Assembly (NCBI GenBank): GCA_051362555.1
Contig: CM120648.1
Span: forward strand, 10,846,587 to 10,910,586
Direction of reading: 5' to 3'
Length of the DNA stretch: 64,000 nt
Origin: Lingula anatina
Taxonomy: Eukaryota; Animalia; Brachiopoda
Part shown: positions 63,723-64,000 of the stretch, piece by piece
Layout: each line of letters opens with the position of its first letter
How positions within the stretch are numbered: the first letter of the stretch is position 1
The notes under the pieces: generated by a model
Seen by the model: the letters and a program-made list of their open reading frames with translations, nothing else
The model's database searches: none
Told to the model about the DNA's origin: nothing
Program-made: the position numbers and the translations under genes

Positions 63723-63884
63723 AAAGCTCACCAATGGGCAAGGATCCCTGAGCTCTGGTCCACCGGATGGTTCCAGCCACATTATTCCTGATATAACACT
63801 GTAACACCACCCTGCCTCCTACAGTTACCCTGATTCTCGGGTTGTTGATCACTGCGTATGTGTTGTTTACCACCAGTGGTCTCT
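37159..63884 (-). CDS. HSPG2: Perlecan / basement membrane heparan sulfate proteoglycan core protein, 3' part (gene continues beyond the window)
   Basis: 31 phase-consistent exons: 63732-63884, 63145-63282, 61788-61927, 61254-61371, 60925-61051, 60432-60586, 59861-60139, 59470-59571, 58792-58971, 58110-58222, 57749-57896, 57100-57265, 56597-56694, 56078-56170, 55391-55585, 54978-55113, 54548-54675 (9 I-set Ig domains), then 54155-54268, 53564-53746, 52819-52968, 52122-52340, 51777-51872, 46535-46756, 46024-46140, 41354-41481, 40979-41147, 40193-40333, 39404-39629, 38631-38714, 38140-38243, 37159-37304 (LG-EGF-EGF-LG-EGF-EGF-LG, ending ..GGTSVSPCI*). Tandem Ig domains followed by this domain V architecture are diagnostic of perlecan. 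Confidence 0.92.
38733..39072. mobile_element. CACTA-type MITE in a perlecan intron
   Basis: TIRs CACTAGTGGGCTGGAATTGGTCTTAAAGTGCAATTTAAGTTCACAA / TTGTGAACTTAAATTGCACTTTAAGACCAATTCAAGCCTACTAGTG with TTT on both sides. Confidence 0.85.
39703..39859. mobile_element. Short MITE in a perlecan intron
   Basis: 15-bp TIR CAGGCCTGTAGCCAG / CTGGCTACAGGCCTG; internal duplicated GGAAAAGGTCCACT. Confidence 0.7.
52989..53027. repeat. (TAA)n microsatellite (similar tracts at 31421-31454 and 60737-60779; (AAAT)n at 63677-63722)
   Basis: Direct reading of the sequence. Confidence 0.95.
62446..63059. mobile_element. Recent non-autonomous DNA transposon with perfect 77-bp TIRs, 8-bp TSD and an internal RecQ-like helicase fragment
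   Basis: 62446-62522 is the exact reverse complement of 62983-63059. TSD CAACGTTG at 62438-62445 and 63060-63067. Minus strand 62655-62771 translates ELKPEQYDALHHYLLRDDVFCVLPTGYGKSLIF. Confidence 0.85.
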
Positions 63885-64000
63885 CTGAAAATAATATTTT
63901 GTCCCGTGATATGAAGGGTGATTTGGGTTATCAAATTACTGTCTGAGAGAAGAGAAAACATGTTTTATTGATGAATGTTTTAAGTATTTCATGCTTTCTC

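Overview
AT-rich, intron-containing animal (invertebrate-type) genomic DNA. The left half (about 5.4-29 kb, + strand) holds two tandem paralogues of an unusual four-coding-exon gene. It encodes an N-terminal CARD-like death-fold domain, an unassigned alpha/beta middle region and a C-terminal NAL1/Ssy5-like chymotrypsin-fold serine protease with an intact H-D-S triad and no signal peptide. The copy at 21879-28944 splices to an intact 702-aa ORF; the copy at 5421-7976 has a nonsense codon in the CARD exon and a frameshift after the catalytic Ser. Between and inside these genes lie a near full-length Penelope-like retroelement (pseudo-LTRs with hammerhead-like cores, 12-bp TSD), decayed Tc1/mariner elements and several MITEs. 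The right half (37159 to the window end, - strand) is the 3' part of a perlecan (HSPG2/trol/unc-52-like) gene: 31 exons giving 9 Ig domains and LG-EGF-EGF-LG-EGF-EGF-LG. Its two long domain V introns contain frame-preserving candidate cassette exons, one at the position equivalent to the agrin y splice site. All calls were made by eye, without database searches.
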